64,000 bases of DNA from a bacterium (GTDB lineage Bacteria; Patescibacteriota; 4484-211; GCA-002791395). Shown here piece by piece: positions 1 through 9,953 of the stretch (its first letter is position 1; the number at the start of each line of letters is the position of its first letter). Position numbers and translations under genes: made by a program. The notes under the pieces are model-generated. The model ran no database searches and had not been told where the DNA came from. It saw only the letters and a list, made by a program, of their open reading frames with translations. The DNA lies in NCBI GenBank assembly GCA_027002475.1, contig JALWZS010000030.1, forward strand, positions 54,827 through 118,826, read 5' to 3'.

Positions 1-1
1 T

Positions 2-3000
2 AGTGCTGATGGTGCTGGAGTGACAGCATATTATTTATCGAGTGGAGCTAGTAATGCTCCGTCCGGGACGGATCATGCATTGTTTACTTTATCTTACAGT
101 AGCTCATGGTCGACTCAATTAGCGGCTGATTGGCGGACTAATAATTGGTATGTTAGAGAGCAGAATAATGGTACTTGGGGAGCTTGGGACACAATATGGA
201 CAAGTGGTAATGATGGTTCTGGTTCTGGGTTAGATGCAGATTTGTTAGACTCACTTAGCTCTACTGATTTTGCCAGGTGGTATGGTAGGGTAGTTACCGA
301 CTTTAACAGTTATGCTACTTCGCCGAGTGGCTTTTATGGTGTGTCAGGGACAGCCGCTAACGGTCCTGAAGGAAGTTACCAAGCAATGATAAATGCAAGG
401 AACTTGGATGTTGGGTTCCAACTTGTTGGTGGATACAATACTGATGACTTGTGGTATCGGGGTTGGGCAAGTTCTGGTAGTACTTTTTATAGTTGGCGGA
501 GGCTACTTCATAGTGGTAACTTTAACTCATACGCTCCAACTTTAACTGGTGGAGGTGCCAGTGGTACTTGGGGAATTAGCGTTACTGGTAGCGCTGGTAC
601 ATTGGATGGCATAGATTCTTCTCAATTCTTACGGAGTGATACTGATGATTCGTTTTCAGGGACATTAACAGGTAATGGTGGTTTTTACTCTGCTACTAAG
701 GACGATATTACAACTAGAACGGATGGTGGATTCTGGCAAACAAGTACTGCAACAACAAGTGAAGGCTGGCCACAAACTACAGATAGCTGGTACCATCTGC
801 TTTCTTCTACACATAGTAATCAATCGAATTATTATTCGATGCAATTCGCGGGTAATTTTTATAACAGTAATGATATTTACTATCGTTCTACTGCAGGCTC
901 TGGAACTACGGCTTGGAACAAGTTATGGCATGCAGGCAATGATGGTTCTGGTTCTGGGCTAGATGCAGATTTATTAGATGGACATGATAGTAGTTACTTT
1001 CAAGTTGCAGGGACATACGATAACTATAGTTCGTGGACACTCGCAGGAACTAGTGGGACACCACAGACAATAAGTAGTGGGGATACAGCAACAATAGCAG
1101 CAGGGACGGGAATTACAACAACGGTGGGAGCAACAGACACAGTTACAATCGCTGCGACCCTGGGTACAGCTATTGAGAAAGACGAGTTAGTGAACAGTGG
1201 TACTCTTTCTTTCGACTGGACGGATGCAGAGATCACAGATGACCTTACTATCTCAAGTAATGGAACGGTAACTCTGAACACAACAAGTAGTACAAGTGAA
1301 GGGGCAATTAGGTGGGATGCTACTAATGACAGAATAATCGTCGGAACAGGTGCGTCGACAGCAACATTCTATAGTGGAGTCGGCAGTCAAGACCTAGCTA
1401 GCGTTTTGGCAAATGGAAACTCTGCAGGTAGTTACAGTATTAATATGAACAATCAAGGAGTGGCGAGTGTCGGTGTTTTGTCCTTTAATGAGGGGAGTAA
1501 TTTTAAGATTGATGCAAATGCATCAGGGTTATTATTTGATGGTGGTGATGGTACTTGGGATTTCTTAATTTATGACGACCAGATTTACAGTGATCAGATT
1601 AGAGTCGGTTATAACGGCAATGCTATTATATCAACCTATGATTCAGGGGAAGATTTACAGCTAACAAGTAATGGTGGAGATGTTTACGTGAACGACTACC
1701 TTGGAATAGGTAACTCTGCTCCGTCCTACGCTCTTGATGTCACTGGCGATCAAAGAGTAACAGGGCATTTAGCTATAGCGGATGTGGTAGATACAAACTA
1801 CGTCCTCAAAGCCAATGGGAACTCATACTTGGGTAACTACGTAGGGATTGGTACTGGAAATATTGGCACGGAGGGTTATCGCCTTATTGCTGCCGGTGCA
1901 GCTTATTTCTGGACGGACCTTAAGATTAACGGTAATGCAACTTTGGGCGACGCGTCGACAGATACTGTAGCTATAAGCGGAAATACAACTCTTGGTAGTA
2001 CGACAACAACAACTACTACGGTAAAGGGGTATATGTATAGAGGGCTACCAATACGATTTACAAGAACGACAGTAGCTATCAGCTCCTCAAATTCTACCAA
2101 AGACACTACTTGTACCAATGAATTTGGAAGTGCCTATCAAGCAGCTACTGTTACAGACTTAGCACTAAATGCTGGGGGCGGTGGGAGCAAGTCTGTATAC
2201 TACTTTACAACTTATGGGGAGACCTCATATAAATTTGCCTATACTATCAAATATGGTGGGAGCTATAACGGCGAAGCTATATTGCAAGCGGTTTATGATA
2301 CTACAAGCAGCTTGTCAGTAGCTTGTATACGCAAGGATGCAAACATTCTTGTTTCCCGTACGACCACAGCCGCTTCGAACGCCAATAGCACCAAAGACAC
2401 AACTTGTAGCACTGATTATGGCTCCAACTATCGTGCAGCTAATATATATGAAGTTTTCAGCTACGCAGCTTCATTGGGGGTCTCTAGTCGCGCTAAGTTA
2501 TTTAACGTAGCTGATTCCTCGAGTAGCTGGTACCCGCAGTGGGACAATACAAACGGAACAACAAATATACAGGCAACGACAGGTGGAACATATGGTGTTG
2601 CCTGTATTATGAAAGATCCTGCTGGTGGGGCTGACTATGCGGAAACAATTTTGGCTGGTCAAAAAGATATTGATGCTGGTGATATTCTAGTGTCAGATCC
2701 AAGCCATGACAACTCGGCGGTTAAGTCAATAAAGCCGTATCAAGGTACCATTTTAGGGGTCGTACCAACACAGCCCGGAATGCTTATAGGTGAAGATTTA
2801 GAAGGTGATGTTACGTCCATCGCTTTGGCCGGTCGAGTACCAGTAAAAGTAACTGCTAAAAATGGCCCAATAAATATAGGAGATCCAATTACATCTAGTG
2901 ATATAGCAGGCGTAGGTATGAAAGCGACAAGGTCAGGCTACATAGTAGGTACAGCCTTGAGTGGTTTTAGTAGTGATAATCCAGATGAAATCGGAACAGT

Positions 3001-3604
3001 GACGTTGTTTGTTAATCCTGGGTACTATTTAGTTGAGACGCAGTTAGCACAGACACAATTGGATGATATTGTTTCAACTGATGAAACTGTGACTGATAGC
3101 GATGTGTCGCAAGATCTTCCTATGACTGGAGAGATGAATGAATTAACAGTAACCGATTCGCTTAAGTCTACTGGTGTTACGCAATTAGTAGATACCGAAA
3201 TTACGGGTAGCCTAAGTATAAATGGCGATATTAGCAGTCCGCTCGGCAACCTGACATTCCAGGGCGAGAAAATAATCATGACTAAAGATGGCGACTTGAA
3301 GTTAGTTAATGGTGTACTTAGTGCTAAGGAAGTAAAGACAGATAGGGTCATTGCAAATGAAGTTGAATCAAAGTCTATTAAGACATCTACAGTGGTGGGG
3401 GCGGACGAATCGAGGGGAGAAGTGATGGCTGATGCCTTAGAGATTAGAGTTGCTGTGGACTGGGATAGTGCGCCTGCGGTAGTTAACCTTACTCCGAGTT
3501 ACAACACAAACGTGTGGGTAACGGATATTACCAAATCAGGATTTACAATCCATGTAGAAAAAGTTAACGTGGATCAAAGAGTGTATTGGTGGGCAATTTG
3601 GTAA
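2..3604 (+). CDS. Giant Ser/Thr/Gly-rich secreted or surface protein with phage tail-fibre-type repeats. The 5' end is cut by the window edge.
   Basis: Reading frame is open back to base 2. Two copies of the WxxGNDGSGSGLDADLLDG(H)xSxxF motif occur near aa 65 and aa 305. Composition is highly T/S/G/N-rich and beta-rich. The C-terminal region looks like a distinct beta domain. Confidence 0.6.
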   Translation, partial: SADGAGVTAYYLSSGASNAPSGTDHALFTLSYSSSWSTQLAADWRTNNWYVREQNNGTWGAWDTIWTSGNDGSGSGLDADLLDSLSSTDFARWYGRVVTDFNSYATSPSGFYGVSGTAANGPEGSYQAMINARNLDVGFQLVGGYNTDDLWYRGWASSGSTFYSWRRLLHSGNFNSYAPTLTGGGASGTWGISVTGSAGTLDGIDSSQFLRSDTDDSFSGTLTGNGGFYSATKDDITTRTDGGFWQTSTATTSEGWPQTTDSWYHLLSSTHSNQSNYYSMQFAGNFYNSNDIYYRSTAGSGTTAWNKLWHAGNDGSGSGLDADLLDGHDSSYFQVAGTYDNYSSWTLAGTSGTPQTISSGDTATIAAGTGITTTVGATDTVTIAATLGTAIEKDELVNSGTLSFDWTDAEITDDLTISSNGTVTLNTTSSTSEGAIRWDATNDRIIVGTGASTATFYSGVGSQDLASVLANGNSAGSYSINMNNQGVASVGVLSFNEGSNFKIDANASGLLFDGGDGTWDFLIYDDQIYSDQIRVGYNGNAIISTYDSGEDLQLTSNGGDVYVNDYLGIGNSAPSYALDVTGDQRVTGHLAIADVVDTNYVLKANGNSYLGNYVGIGTGNIGTEGYRLIAAGAAYFWTDLKINGNATLGDASTDTVAISGNTTLGSTTTTTTTVKGYMYRGLPIRFTRTTVAISSSNSTKDTTCTNEFGSAYQAATVTDLALNAGGGGSKSVYYFTTYGETSYKFAYTIKYGGSYNGEAILQAVYDTTSSLSVACIRKDANILVSRTTTAASNANSTKDTTCSTDYGSNYRAANIYEVFSYAASLGVSSRAKLFNVADSSSSWYPQWDNTNGTTNIQATTGGTYGVACIMKDPAGGADYAETILAGQKDIDAGDILVSDPSHDNSAVKSIKPYQGTILGVVPTQPGMLIGEDLEGDVTSIALAGRVPVKVTAKNGPINIGDPITSSDIAGVGMKATRSGYIVGTALSGFSSDNPDEIGTVTLFVNPGYYLVETQLAQTQLDDIVSTDETVTDSDVSQDLPMTGEMNELTVTDSLKSTGVTQLVDTEITGSLSINGDISSPLGNLTFQGEKIIMTKDGDLKLVNGVLSAKEVKTDRVIANEVESKSIKTSTVVGADESRGEVMADALEIRVAVDWDSAPAVVNLTPSYNTNVWVTDITKSGFTIHVEKVNVDQRVYWWAIW

Positions 3605-3759
3605 AAGGTTAAATACTATATTACGCACTGGAAATACCTTAATTTATTGTTGGATTGATTGCCGCTGGCGTGGCATGATTTACTATTTTCTGTCTTGTTG
3701 AGTTTCTATACCACACAACCGGCTTGGCCAAAATGGTAAAAATGCATAAAATGTTAAAC

Positions 3760-4014
3760 ATGGAGACTGTTACAGCTACAGAACTAAAACGTAATACGTC
3801 AGATATCTTAAATAAAGTTGTTTATGCGGGAAGAGATGTATTGATCAAAAGACATGGTGTTGTCGTTGCGAAAGTAGTTGCTGTAAAAAGAAACGATGAC
3901 ATCGAAGTTAAAGGTAGGCTCAAGAAATATAAGGGAGCAGTCCCAGGACTTGCTCGTGAAGTGAAGGGTGTGCGAAAAGGCCTAAATAAGGACACGGAGA
4001 AAAGGTTAATGTAA
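3760..4014 (+). CDS. Phd/YefM-family antitoxin-like small protein with a Lys-rich C-terminal tail. Several in-frame starts are possible between 3724 and 3760.
   Basis: The N-terminus VTATELKRNTSDILNKVVYAGRDVLIKRHGVVVAKVVAV matches the Phd/YefM fold signature. No toxin ORF lies on either side. Confidence 0.55.
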   Translation: METVTATELKRNTSDILNKVVYAGRDVLIKRHGVVVAKVVAVKRNDDIEVKGRLKKYKGAVPGLAREVKGVRKGLNKDTEKRLM

Positions 4015-4241
4015 GGTAGCTGTACCCTATACCCTAATCGAATCTCAGATCTGAAACTGTTGTGACTTCACTATGAGGGATTTACATTCTTGTTATGTCC
4101 GTCAGATAACAGTAGCGTTTGTGATAAAGGATACGGGTTAGTATTTCTCTTGTTAATGCATGCAAATCTTGGCGATAGCATAGAGGATTAAGATGGTTGT
4201 TTGGTTGTCTGGGGCGCGTTGGTGCTATACTGGGTTTAGTC

Positions 4242-4799
4242 ATGCCAAGAAAGAATGGACATTGGCAAGTAAATAATAGTCAGCTGGTTTATGGAAATCC
4301 GTGGATGCAAGTCTATGAGGATGATGTGACTGATTACAGTGGGGTTCGCACTACTTTTTCTCGTGCTAATGTTAGAGATGGTGTAACAATTGTTGCATTA
4401 GATTCTGATAATAATATCTACTTAATAAGTACTACGCGATACGCTGTGCAAAAAAACAGTGAAGAGTGTATTAGCGGCGGCATAAAAGAAGATGAAAGCC
4501 CACTGGACTGCGCTAAAAGGGAATTGGCTGAGGAAATAGGAGCTTTCTCTAATGAATGGATTAGCTTAGGAACGATTCATACTTTTCCAGATAAATTGGA
4601 GCATACTGAAAGTTTATTTATTGCTAAAAACATTAAACCCTTAAATCATAAGCCGCCACTTGATACATCTGAAAAACTGGATGTATCGAAGATCCCGTTC
4701 TCTTTGGCAGTTGAGTGGGTAATGAATAGTAAGATAATGCATAGCCCAAGTTGTGTTGCAATATTGAAGGCACAAAAGTATATAAACGGTGTTGATTAG
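4242..4799 (+). CDS. NUDIX hydrolase (ADP-ribose pyrophosphatase-like)
   Basis: Nudix box GGIKEDESPLDCAKRELAEEIG (GX5EX7REUXEEXGU). Confidence 0.8.
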   Translation: MPRKNGHWQVNNSQLVYGNPWMQVYEDDVTDYSGVRTTFSRANVRDGVTIVALDSDNNIYLISTTRYAVQKNSEECISGGIKEDESPLDCAKRELAEEIGAFSNEWISLGTIHTFPDKLEHTESLFIAKNIKPLNHKPPLDTSEKLDVSKIPFSLAVEWVMNSKIMHSPSCVAILKAQKYINGVD

Positions 4800-4800
4800 C

Positions 4801-5202
4801 TTATTTAATATTTTCTTTGATTAGCTTAGCTGTTTGGGCTAACTCATCTTGGCTAACCGTGCCGACCTTAACGGTTTGTAAATCCTTGATGTTTTGTAGT
4901 GGTGTTACTTTTATGTGAGCGTGTTTTACGTCAAAGCCCTCAACGATCACACCAACCCGTAGCGGTTTAATTGTTCTGTCTATAGCTTCCATTACCTTTT
5001 TAACGACATTCATTACATGCACATATGTGTCTTCGTCCATATGGTGTACAAAATCAAAGTGTTTTTTCGGAATCACAAGCACCATTCCTTTGTTTATTGG
5101 GTCTATGTCCATAAATGCTAGGACCTTTTCATCTTCATATACTTTGTGACTTGGGATTTCCCCTGCAGCTATTTTGCAAAAAATGCATTCAGACGCTTGC
5201 AT
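4801..5202 (-). CDS. HIT-family (histidine triad) nucleotide hydrolase
   Basis: N-terminal CIFCKI motif and the DVKHAHIKV histidine triad. Confidence 0.8.
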   Translation of the reverse strand: MQASECIFCKIAAGEIPSHKVYEDEKVLAFMDIDPINKGMVLVIPKKHFDFVHHMDEDTYVHVMNVVKKVMEAIDRTIKPLRVGVIVEGFDVKHAHIKVTPLQNIKDLQTVKVGTVSQDELAQTAKLIKENIK

Positions 5203-5220
5203 AAGTGAAGTTTATCATAC

Positions 5221-5772
5221 TTACTTTAAGTTAAAAGTTTCAAGTGGTTGGTAGGTGGAGCCGTTCCTGTTTAATTTTGACTCAAATAACGTAAAGGTAT
5301 CGACCGATAGAGGAGAGAGCTCTACGTCTGGGAGTGGTGTGTTGTCACTAATATCAAGCTTGCTCGCTCGCATTAGAGTCGTATGTATAATGGGTTTGGG
5401 TGGTTGGGTTGGCTGTACCGAGTGTACGGCTTCGTACAGTTTACTTTGTAAGTCGTTAAATTCTTTTGAGCCGTTAAAAGTAAGGCACACTGCTCGCGCC
5501 TTGTCGTCGCTAGGTAGTTGCATAATGGACTTTGGTGTTAGCGTAAATGGTTGTAACTCTTTAGTGGCTTTCTGCACCTCTTTTATGATTGCCGATACAT
5601 TTTCACTTGGAGTATTGCCGATAAACACTAATGTTACATGGAGGTTTTCTCGCGGGGTTAAGCGCAGATTGTCGGTTTGCTTTGATAAGCGTTGGTAGAG
5701 GGCATGTTGGTACAGTGATAGGTTGTTTGCATACGATTTAACTATAGGAATCGCAAGAAATAGTCGTTGCAT
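5221..5772 (-). CDS. 2H phosphoesterase, RNA 2',3'-cyclic phosphodiesterase (ThpR/LigT family)
   Basis: Two H-x-T-x motifs: LHVTLVF and IHTTLMR. Confidence 0.75.
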   Translation of the reverse strand: MQRLFLAIPIVKSYANNLSLYQHALYQRLSKQTDNLRLTPRENLHVTLVFIGNTPSENVSAIIKEVQKATKELQPFTLTPKSIMQLPSDDKARAVCLTFNGSKEFNDLQSKLYEAVHSVQPTQPPKPIIHTTLMRASKLDISDNTPLPDVELSPLSVDTFTLFESKLNRNGSTYQPLETFNLK

Positions 5773-5776
5773 AACC

Positions 5777-6052
5777 TTAGGACATCTCGATGTTGAAGCC
5801 TTCTAAGTTTTGCACCTCACCCTCGTGTATTGTCATGTTGGTGACCACGGCTTGTTCTGGTCCCTTTTTGCACCAGCTTATGAACTTATCAAGATCTTCC
5901 GGTTCGCCTTCGGCAACAATAAAAACCGACTCGTCTGGTTGGTTGATTATGTATCCAGCGATATTATTTTCTAAGGCTATATTTCTAGCATTGAACCGAA
6001 ACGAAACACCTTGTACTTCGCCTTCAAGAAGGATAGTTACATGTTTTTTCAT
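5777..6052 (-). CDS. acyP: Acylphosphatase
   Basis: VQGVSFRF signature and ~90-aa length. Confidence 0.85.
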   Translation of the reverse strand: MKKHVTILLEGEVQGVSFRFNARNIALENNIAGYIINQPDESVFIVAEGEPEDLDKFISWCKKGPEQAVVTNMTIHEGEVQNLEGFNIEMS

Positions 6053-6116
6053 AACTAATGTTAATATAACTTAATCTCAAGCCTTGTTCAAGCAACATGG
6101 TGTAAAATATATGTAA

Positions 6117-7205
6117 ATGGCTAAAAAATTAAGTAGTCTTTCTATATTTTTTCCTGCTTATAACGAAGAGGCAAATATTAAGAAAACCGTCGAGGAAGCA
6201 CTAAAAGTAGCAAAGAGTGTTACAGACAATTACGAGGTTTTAGTTGTTAACGATGGGAGTGGTGATGATACTGCAAGAATAGTTCAAGAGATTGTAAAGA
6301 AGGATCCACACGTTAGGTTAATAAACCATGCGCAAAATCAAGGTTATGGTGCTGCGCTCATGTCTGGATTTATGAATGCAACTAAGGGGTGGATATTTTT
6401 TAGTGATGCGGATTTACAGTTTGATTTGTCAGAAATAGAAAAACTTATTGAAAAAACAGATAAATACGATGTTGTATTAGGGTACCGCAAGAAACGGAAC
6501 GACCCTTTTATGAGACTGCTTAATGCTAAAGGGTGGAATGTTCTTAATAGGTTATTTTTTGGACTCAAAGTCAAAGATATCGATTGTGCGTTTAAGCTTT
6601 TTAGAGCAGATGCGATTAAGCCAATATTGCACGAGATTGAGTCTCGTGGTGCTATGATTTCGGCAGAACTATTGGTGCGGTTGCATAGAGCGGGATACGA
6701 GTTTGCAGAGGTTGGTGTAAACCATTATCCACGCACCGCAGGATCGGCAACTGGGGCTAAGCCGAGTGTTATTGTCAGGGCATTCAAGGAGATGGCGATG
6801 GTTTATCGAGGCGATCTCGGGAATGACTGGGTTAAGGGGACTATTAAGTTTATGGTTGTTGGTGGTTTTAACACAGTGGTGGATTTAGGGGTGTACTTTG
6901 GTTTAACGCATACCATTTTTTTGTTAGCAAACCACAAAATGTGGGCTAAAGGGATTAGTTATATTGTTGGGATGCTAAATAGTTTTATTTGGAATAGAGC
7001 AATTTCTAAGAGGGCAAAGGAAACTGTGGCTTTTGACATCTTGCCGCTTGCCGTAATTTCTGTTGCAGCAGTTGCAATTAATACGTCGGTTATGTATGTC
7101 TCTTATGAAACTTTAGGAATTAGTGAAATTTGGTCGTTGCTAATTGCGACAGGTGTGACGTTTGCTTGGAATTTTATGATGAGCAAAGTCCTTCGTCGGT
7201 CGTAG
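6117..7205 (+). CDS. GT2 glycosyltransferase (Dpm1/polyprenol-phosphate sugar transferase-like) fused to a C-terminal GtrA-like membrane domain
   Basis: FFPAYNEE...VVNDGSGDDT and a DxD-like SDAD. The C-terminal 4-TM segment has a GtrA-like pattern. Confidence 0.8.
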   Translation: MAKKLSSLSIFFPAYNEEANIKKTVEEALKVAKSVTDNYEVLVVNDGSGDDTARIVQEIVKKDPHVRLINHAQNQGYGAALMSGFMNATKGWIFFSDADLQFDLSEIEKLIEKTDKYDVVLGYRKKRNDPFMRLLNAKGWNVLNRLFFGLKVKDIDCAFKLFRADAIKPILHEIESRGAMISAELLVRLHRAGYEFAEVGVNHYPRTAGSATGAKPSVIVRAFKEMAMVYRGDLGNDWVKGTIKFMVVGGFNTVVDLGVYFGLTHTIFLLANHKMWAKGISYIVGMLNSFIWNRAISKRAKETVAFDILPLAVISVAAVAINTSVMYVSYETLGISEIWSLLIATGVTFAWNFMMSKVLRRS

Positions 7206-7556
7206 CCGATAGCGCCGCCTCTCTAGGGTGCTACCTTTCGTTATTTGCTTGCCCACCGCTTGCACCTTGAGGCCGATAAGGCGCTCTCTGTATAATTAAA
7301 TGCGTGAATCGTGCGTTGTTCAACCAATCTGAACGCTCGATACCAAGCCGATGCAGCCGCCAAATATGTTGGTTTTGCGCGTCGCTGGCGATCTAATAAT
7401 GTGCTCAATTGCTTCGTACTGCACGCCTAGCGCTTGTCTTGTAGTATGGATGCGCGTTTTGCGTGCGCTGCTTTGGCGGGTTGTGGCGGCGCGCCCTATA
7501 TAATTATGTCTTCGGGTAGTGCGTTTGGTGTGTACTTATGTTGTTATAATTAATGT

Positions 7557-8435
7557 ATGAAAAAAGTTGCTGGTTTGGTACTGCTCATATTAATACTGTT
7601 GTTGGGATATGTATTTCTTTCAAGCCGCGGCGAAAGGACTAGTAACAGCCAACTTAAAGTAGCAACGACAATTTTTCCTGCGTACGATATTGCTAGAAAC
7701 GTGTTGGGAGACAAAGTGGATCTCGTGCAAATATTGCCTGTTGGTGCAAGCCCGCATACCTATGAGCCTACAGTGCAAGACCAGCTTAAGCTACAAGGTA
7801 TAGATGTTTTATTTGTAATTGGGCACGGTTTGGACGATTTCGCTGTTAAGTTAGCAAAAAGCGCTAATTCTAGGGTAAAGATTGTTACTCTTGATAAGTA
7901 TGTTGAATACATGGGAGATGAAATGGATCCTCATTATTTTGTGTCGATAAATGGTGCAAAGTCGATAGCTCGAGTTATCGATGATACTATGTCCGACATA
8001 GATAAAAGTAATCAGCAGTATTACAACAATAATACTCAGGCGTATTTAACTCAGCTAGAAGATTTACTAGTCAATTCACGTCAAAAGCTTTCAACCCTTG
8101 GTGGTTCGTTAAAGATTGTAACTTTCCATAATGCGTTTTCCTTTTTTGCTGATGAATTAGGGATTGAGATCGTCGCTACATTAGAGCCCTTCCCTGGGAA
8201 AAAGCCCACGATTGAGTACCTTTCTGGAATTGAGGAAATTATTAAAGAACAAGGCATTAGTGCTGTTTTTAGTGAGCCGCAACTTTCTGGTGATGTAGTA
8301 GAGTCTTTGTCAAAAGATCTTGGGATAAAGGTTTATACGCTAGATCCCTTAGGTGGTTATGATAAGCGTGATTCATTTATATCGAACTATGCGGAGAACG
8401 TTGATACAATCATTAAGGCGTTCAATCAAAAATGA
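7557..8435 (+). CDS. Metal (Zn/Mn) ABC transporter substrate-binding protein (ZnuA/TroA family)
   Basis: Signal/TM N-terminus, cluster-9 SBP features, operon with ATPase and permease. Confidence 0.8.
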   Translation: MKKVAGLVLLILILLLGYVFLSSRGERTSNSQLKVATTIFPAYDIARNVLGDKVDLVQILPVGASPHTYEPTVQDQLKLQGIDVLFVIGHGLDDFAVKLAKSANSRVKIVTLDKYVEYMGDEMDPHYFVSINGAKSIARVIDDTMSDIDKSNQQYYNNNTQAYLTQLEDLLVNSRQKLSTLGGSLKIVTFHNAFSFFADELGIEIVATLEPFPGKKPTIEYLSGIEEIIKEQGISAVFSEPQLSGDVVESLSKDLGIKVYTLDPLGGYDKRDSFISNYAENVDTIIKAFNQK

Positions 8436-9142
8436 ATGAGAATCAAAAAAAAACAAGTATTGCTCCGATTTCCGTAAAAGATCTTGTTGTTGAGTATGGA
8501 AGTAATCCTGTGATAAAAGACGCTACCTTTGATGTGACAAAAGGGGCAATTACTTATATTGTTGGACGCAATGGTTCTGGGAAGTCTACTTTAGTTAGTG
8601 CTATTTTAGGTTTAATTCCTGTTAAATCTGGTGAAGTCTATTTATATGGGCAGCCGCGTACACAAGAAAAGGTGTCTGATTTATTTGGGTACATGCCTCA
8701 ATACTCACACATCGATAGGACATTTCCAATTACTGTTGCCGAGATGATTGAGCTTGAATGTACGCACAGTAAATCGTGTCCCTTGGGTGTAGAAGGGCAT
8801 TTAGAAAGGTTGGGTGGGGGATATCTTAGCGAAAAACCAATTCGTGCGCTTTCTGGTGGGGAATTGCAAAAAGTCCTTTTAGCACGAGCGCTAGTAACAG
8901 AGCCAGAGATTCTTGTTCTAGATGAGCCAATGAATAACCTTGACCATAAGAGTCAAGACAAACTACATGAGATGATACATGAAATGAATGAGTCTGGTAC
9001 GACAATTCTTATTGTTACGCATGACTATTCCTTTATAGATGAGCAGTCCGAAGAAGTCCTTTTAATAGACGACGGTAGGGTTTATAAAGGTCGCCTATCG
9101 CAGTTATTTAAAGAAATGGGGGTTAGATATGAGCATAATTGA
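8432..9142 (+). CDS. Metal ABC transporter ATP-binding protein (ZnuC-like)
   Basis: Walker A GRNGSGKST, signature LSGGELQKV, Walker B LVLDEP. Confidence 0.9.
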   Translation: MNENQKKTSIAPISVKDLVVEYGSNPVIKDATFDVTKGAITYIVGRNGSGKSTLVSAILGLIPVKSGEVYLYGQPRTQEKVSDLFGYMPQYSHIDRTFPITVAEMIELECTHSKSCPLGVEGHLERLGGGYLSEKPIRALSGGELQKVLLARALVTEPEILVLDEPMNNLDHKSQDKLHEMIHEMNESGTTILIVTHDYSFIDEQSEEVLLIDDGRVYKGRLSQLFKEMGVRYEHN

Positions 9143-9953
9143 TTTAATTTCCTTGCCATTTGTACAAAGAGCAATAATCGGCGGTGTTCTTGTTGGGATA
9201 CTAGCTGCGACACTTGGAGTATTTGTTGTGCTTCGTAGGCAGTCTTTTTTGACCGAAGCAGTCTCACACGCTTCCTTGGCTGGAGTCGCTGCAGCCTTAC
9301 TTATAGCGTGGGAGCCTGTACTTCTTGCAATTGTTGTCGCAATACTCCTTGCCTTGCTGATCACTTACTTTAAGCGGAAAGCTCCGCTTGAGTCTGACTC
9401 ACTCATCGGCATATTTTTTTCACTCTTTTTCGCATTAGGTATAGTGTTAATCAACTTGTCTCCAACTTATCAACCAGAGGTAATGACGTATCTCTTTGGC
9501 TCTATTTTGGCGATTACATGGGAAGATTTAATTTATGCGGGTGTGGTGTTTGTCGTTTTAATTACAATAACAAAATATTTGTATAAACAGCTACTATACT
9601 TTACCTTTGATCCAGTTGGCGCGTACATTCGTGGAATAAAAGTAGAAAGGTTGGAGTATGTGATAAACATTCTTACAGCAATTGCAGTTGTAATCTCGGT
9701 TAAAGTTGTTGGGGTAATTCTTGTTACTGCACTTTTTATAATTCCTGCATCTAGTGCTAAGCTTTTAGCTAAAAGCTTTACGCAGATGATTCCTATTTCT
9801 ATAATTCTGTCATTACTATCTGTCCTTGTTGGACTTTGGCTTTCTATAGTTTCAAATCTCCCTCCTGGAGCGTTAATAGTGTTAGTGTCGGGTGGGATAT
9901 TCTTGGTAGTATTTACTTTAAGTAGGCTTAATTTATTAGGCAAATCAAACTAG
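9129..9953 (+). CDS. Metal ABC transporter permease (ZnuB-like)
   Basis: Polytopic membrane protein overlapping the ATPase stop. ABC-3 family pattern. Confidence 0.85.
   Translation: MSIIDLISLPFVQRAIIGGVLVGILAATLGVFVVLRRQSFLTEAVSHASLAGVAAALLIAWEPVLLAIVVAILLALLITYFKRKAPLESDSLIGIFFSLFFALGIVLINLSPTYQPEVMTYLFGSILAITWEDLIYAGVVFVVLITITKYLYKQLLYFTFDPVGAYIRGIKVERLEYVINILTAIAVVISVKVVGVILVTALFIIPASSAKLLAKSFTQMIPISIILSLLSVLVGLWLSIVSNLPPGALIVLVSGGIFLVVFTLSRLNLLGKSN

Noticed and set aside
675-3351. Short ORFs (675-962, 1024-1281, 1903-2118, 3025-3351) inside or antisense to the giant repeat-protein gene
   Set aside because: They are fully overlapped by a long, compositionally coherent ORF with recognisable tail-fibre repeats. 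They are typical spurious frames in repetitive S/T/G-rich DNA.
7206-7556. rRNA fragment, RNase P RNA, tmRNA or SRP RNA in the GC-rich intergenic region
   Set aside because: None of the conserved cores is present: AGGAAAGUCCGGGCUCC for RNase P, the tRNA-like end plus tag ORF for tmRNA, the GGAAGCAGC domain IV for SRP. Left as an unclassified candidate ncRNA.
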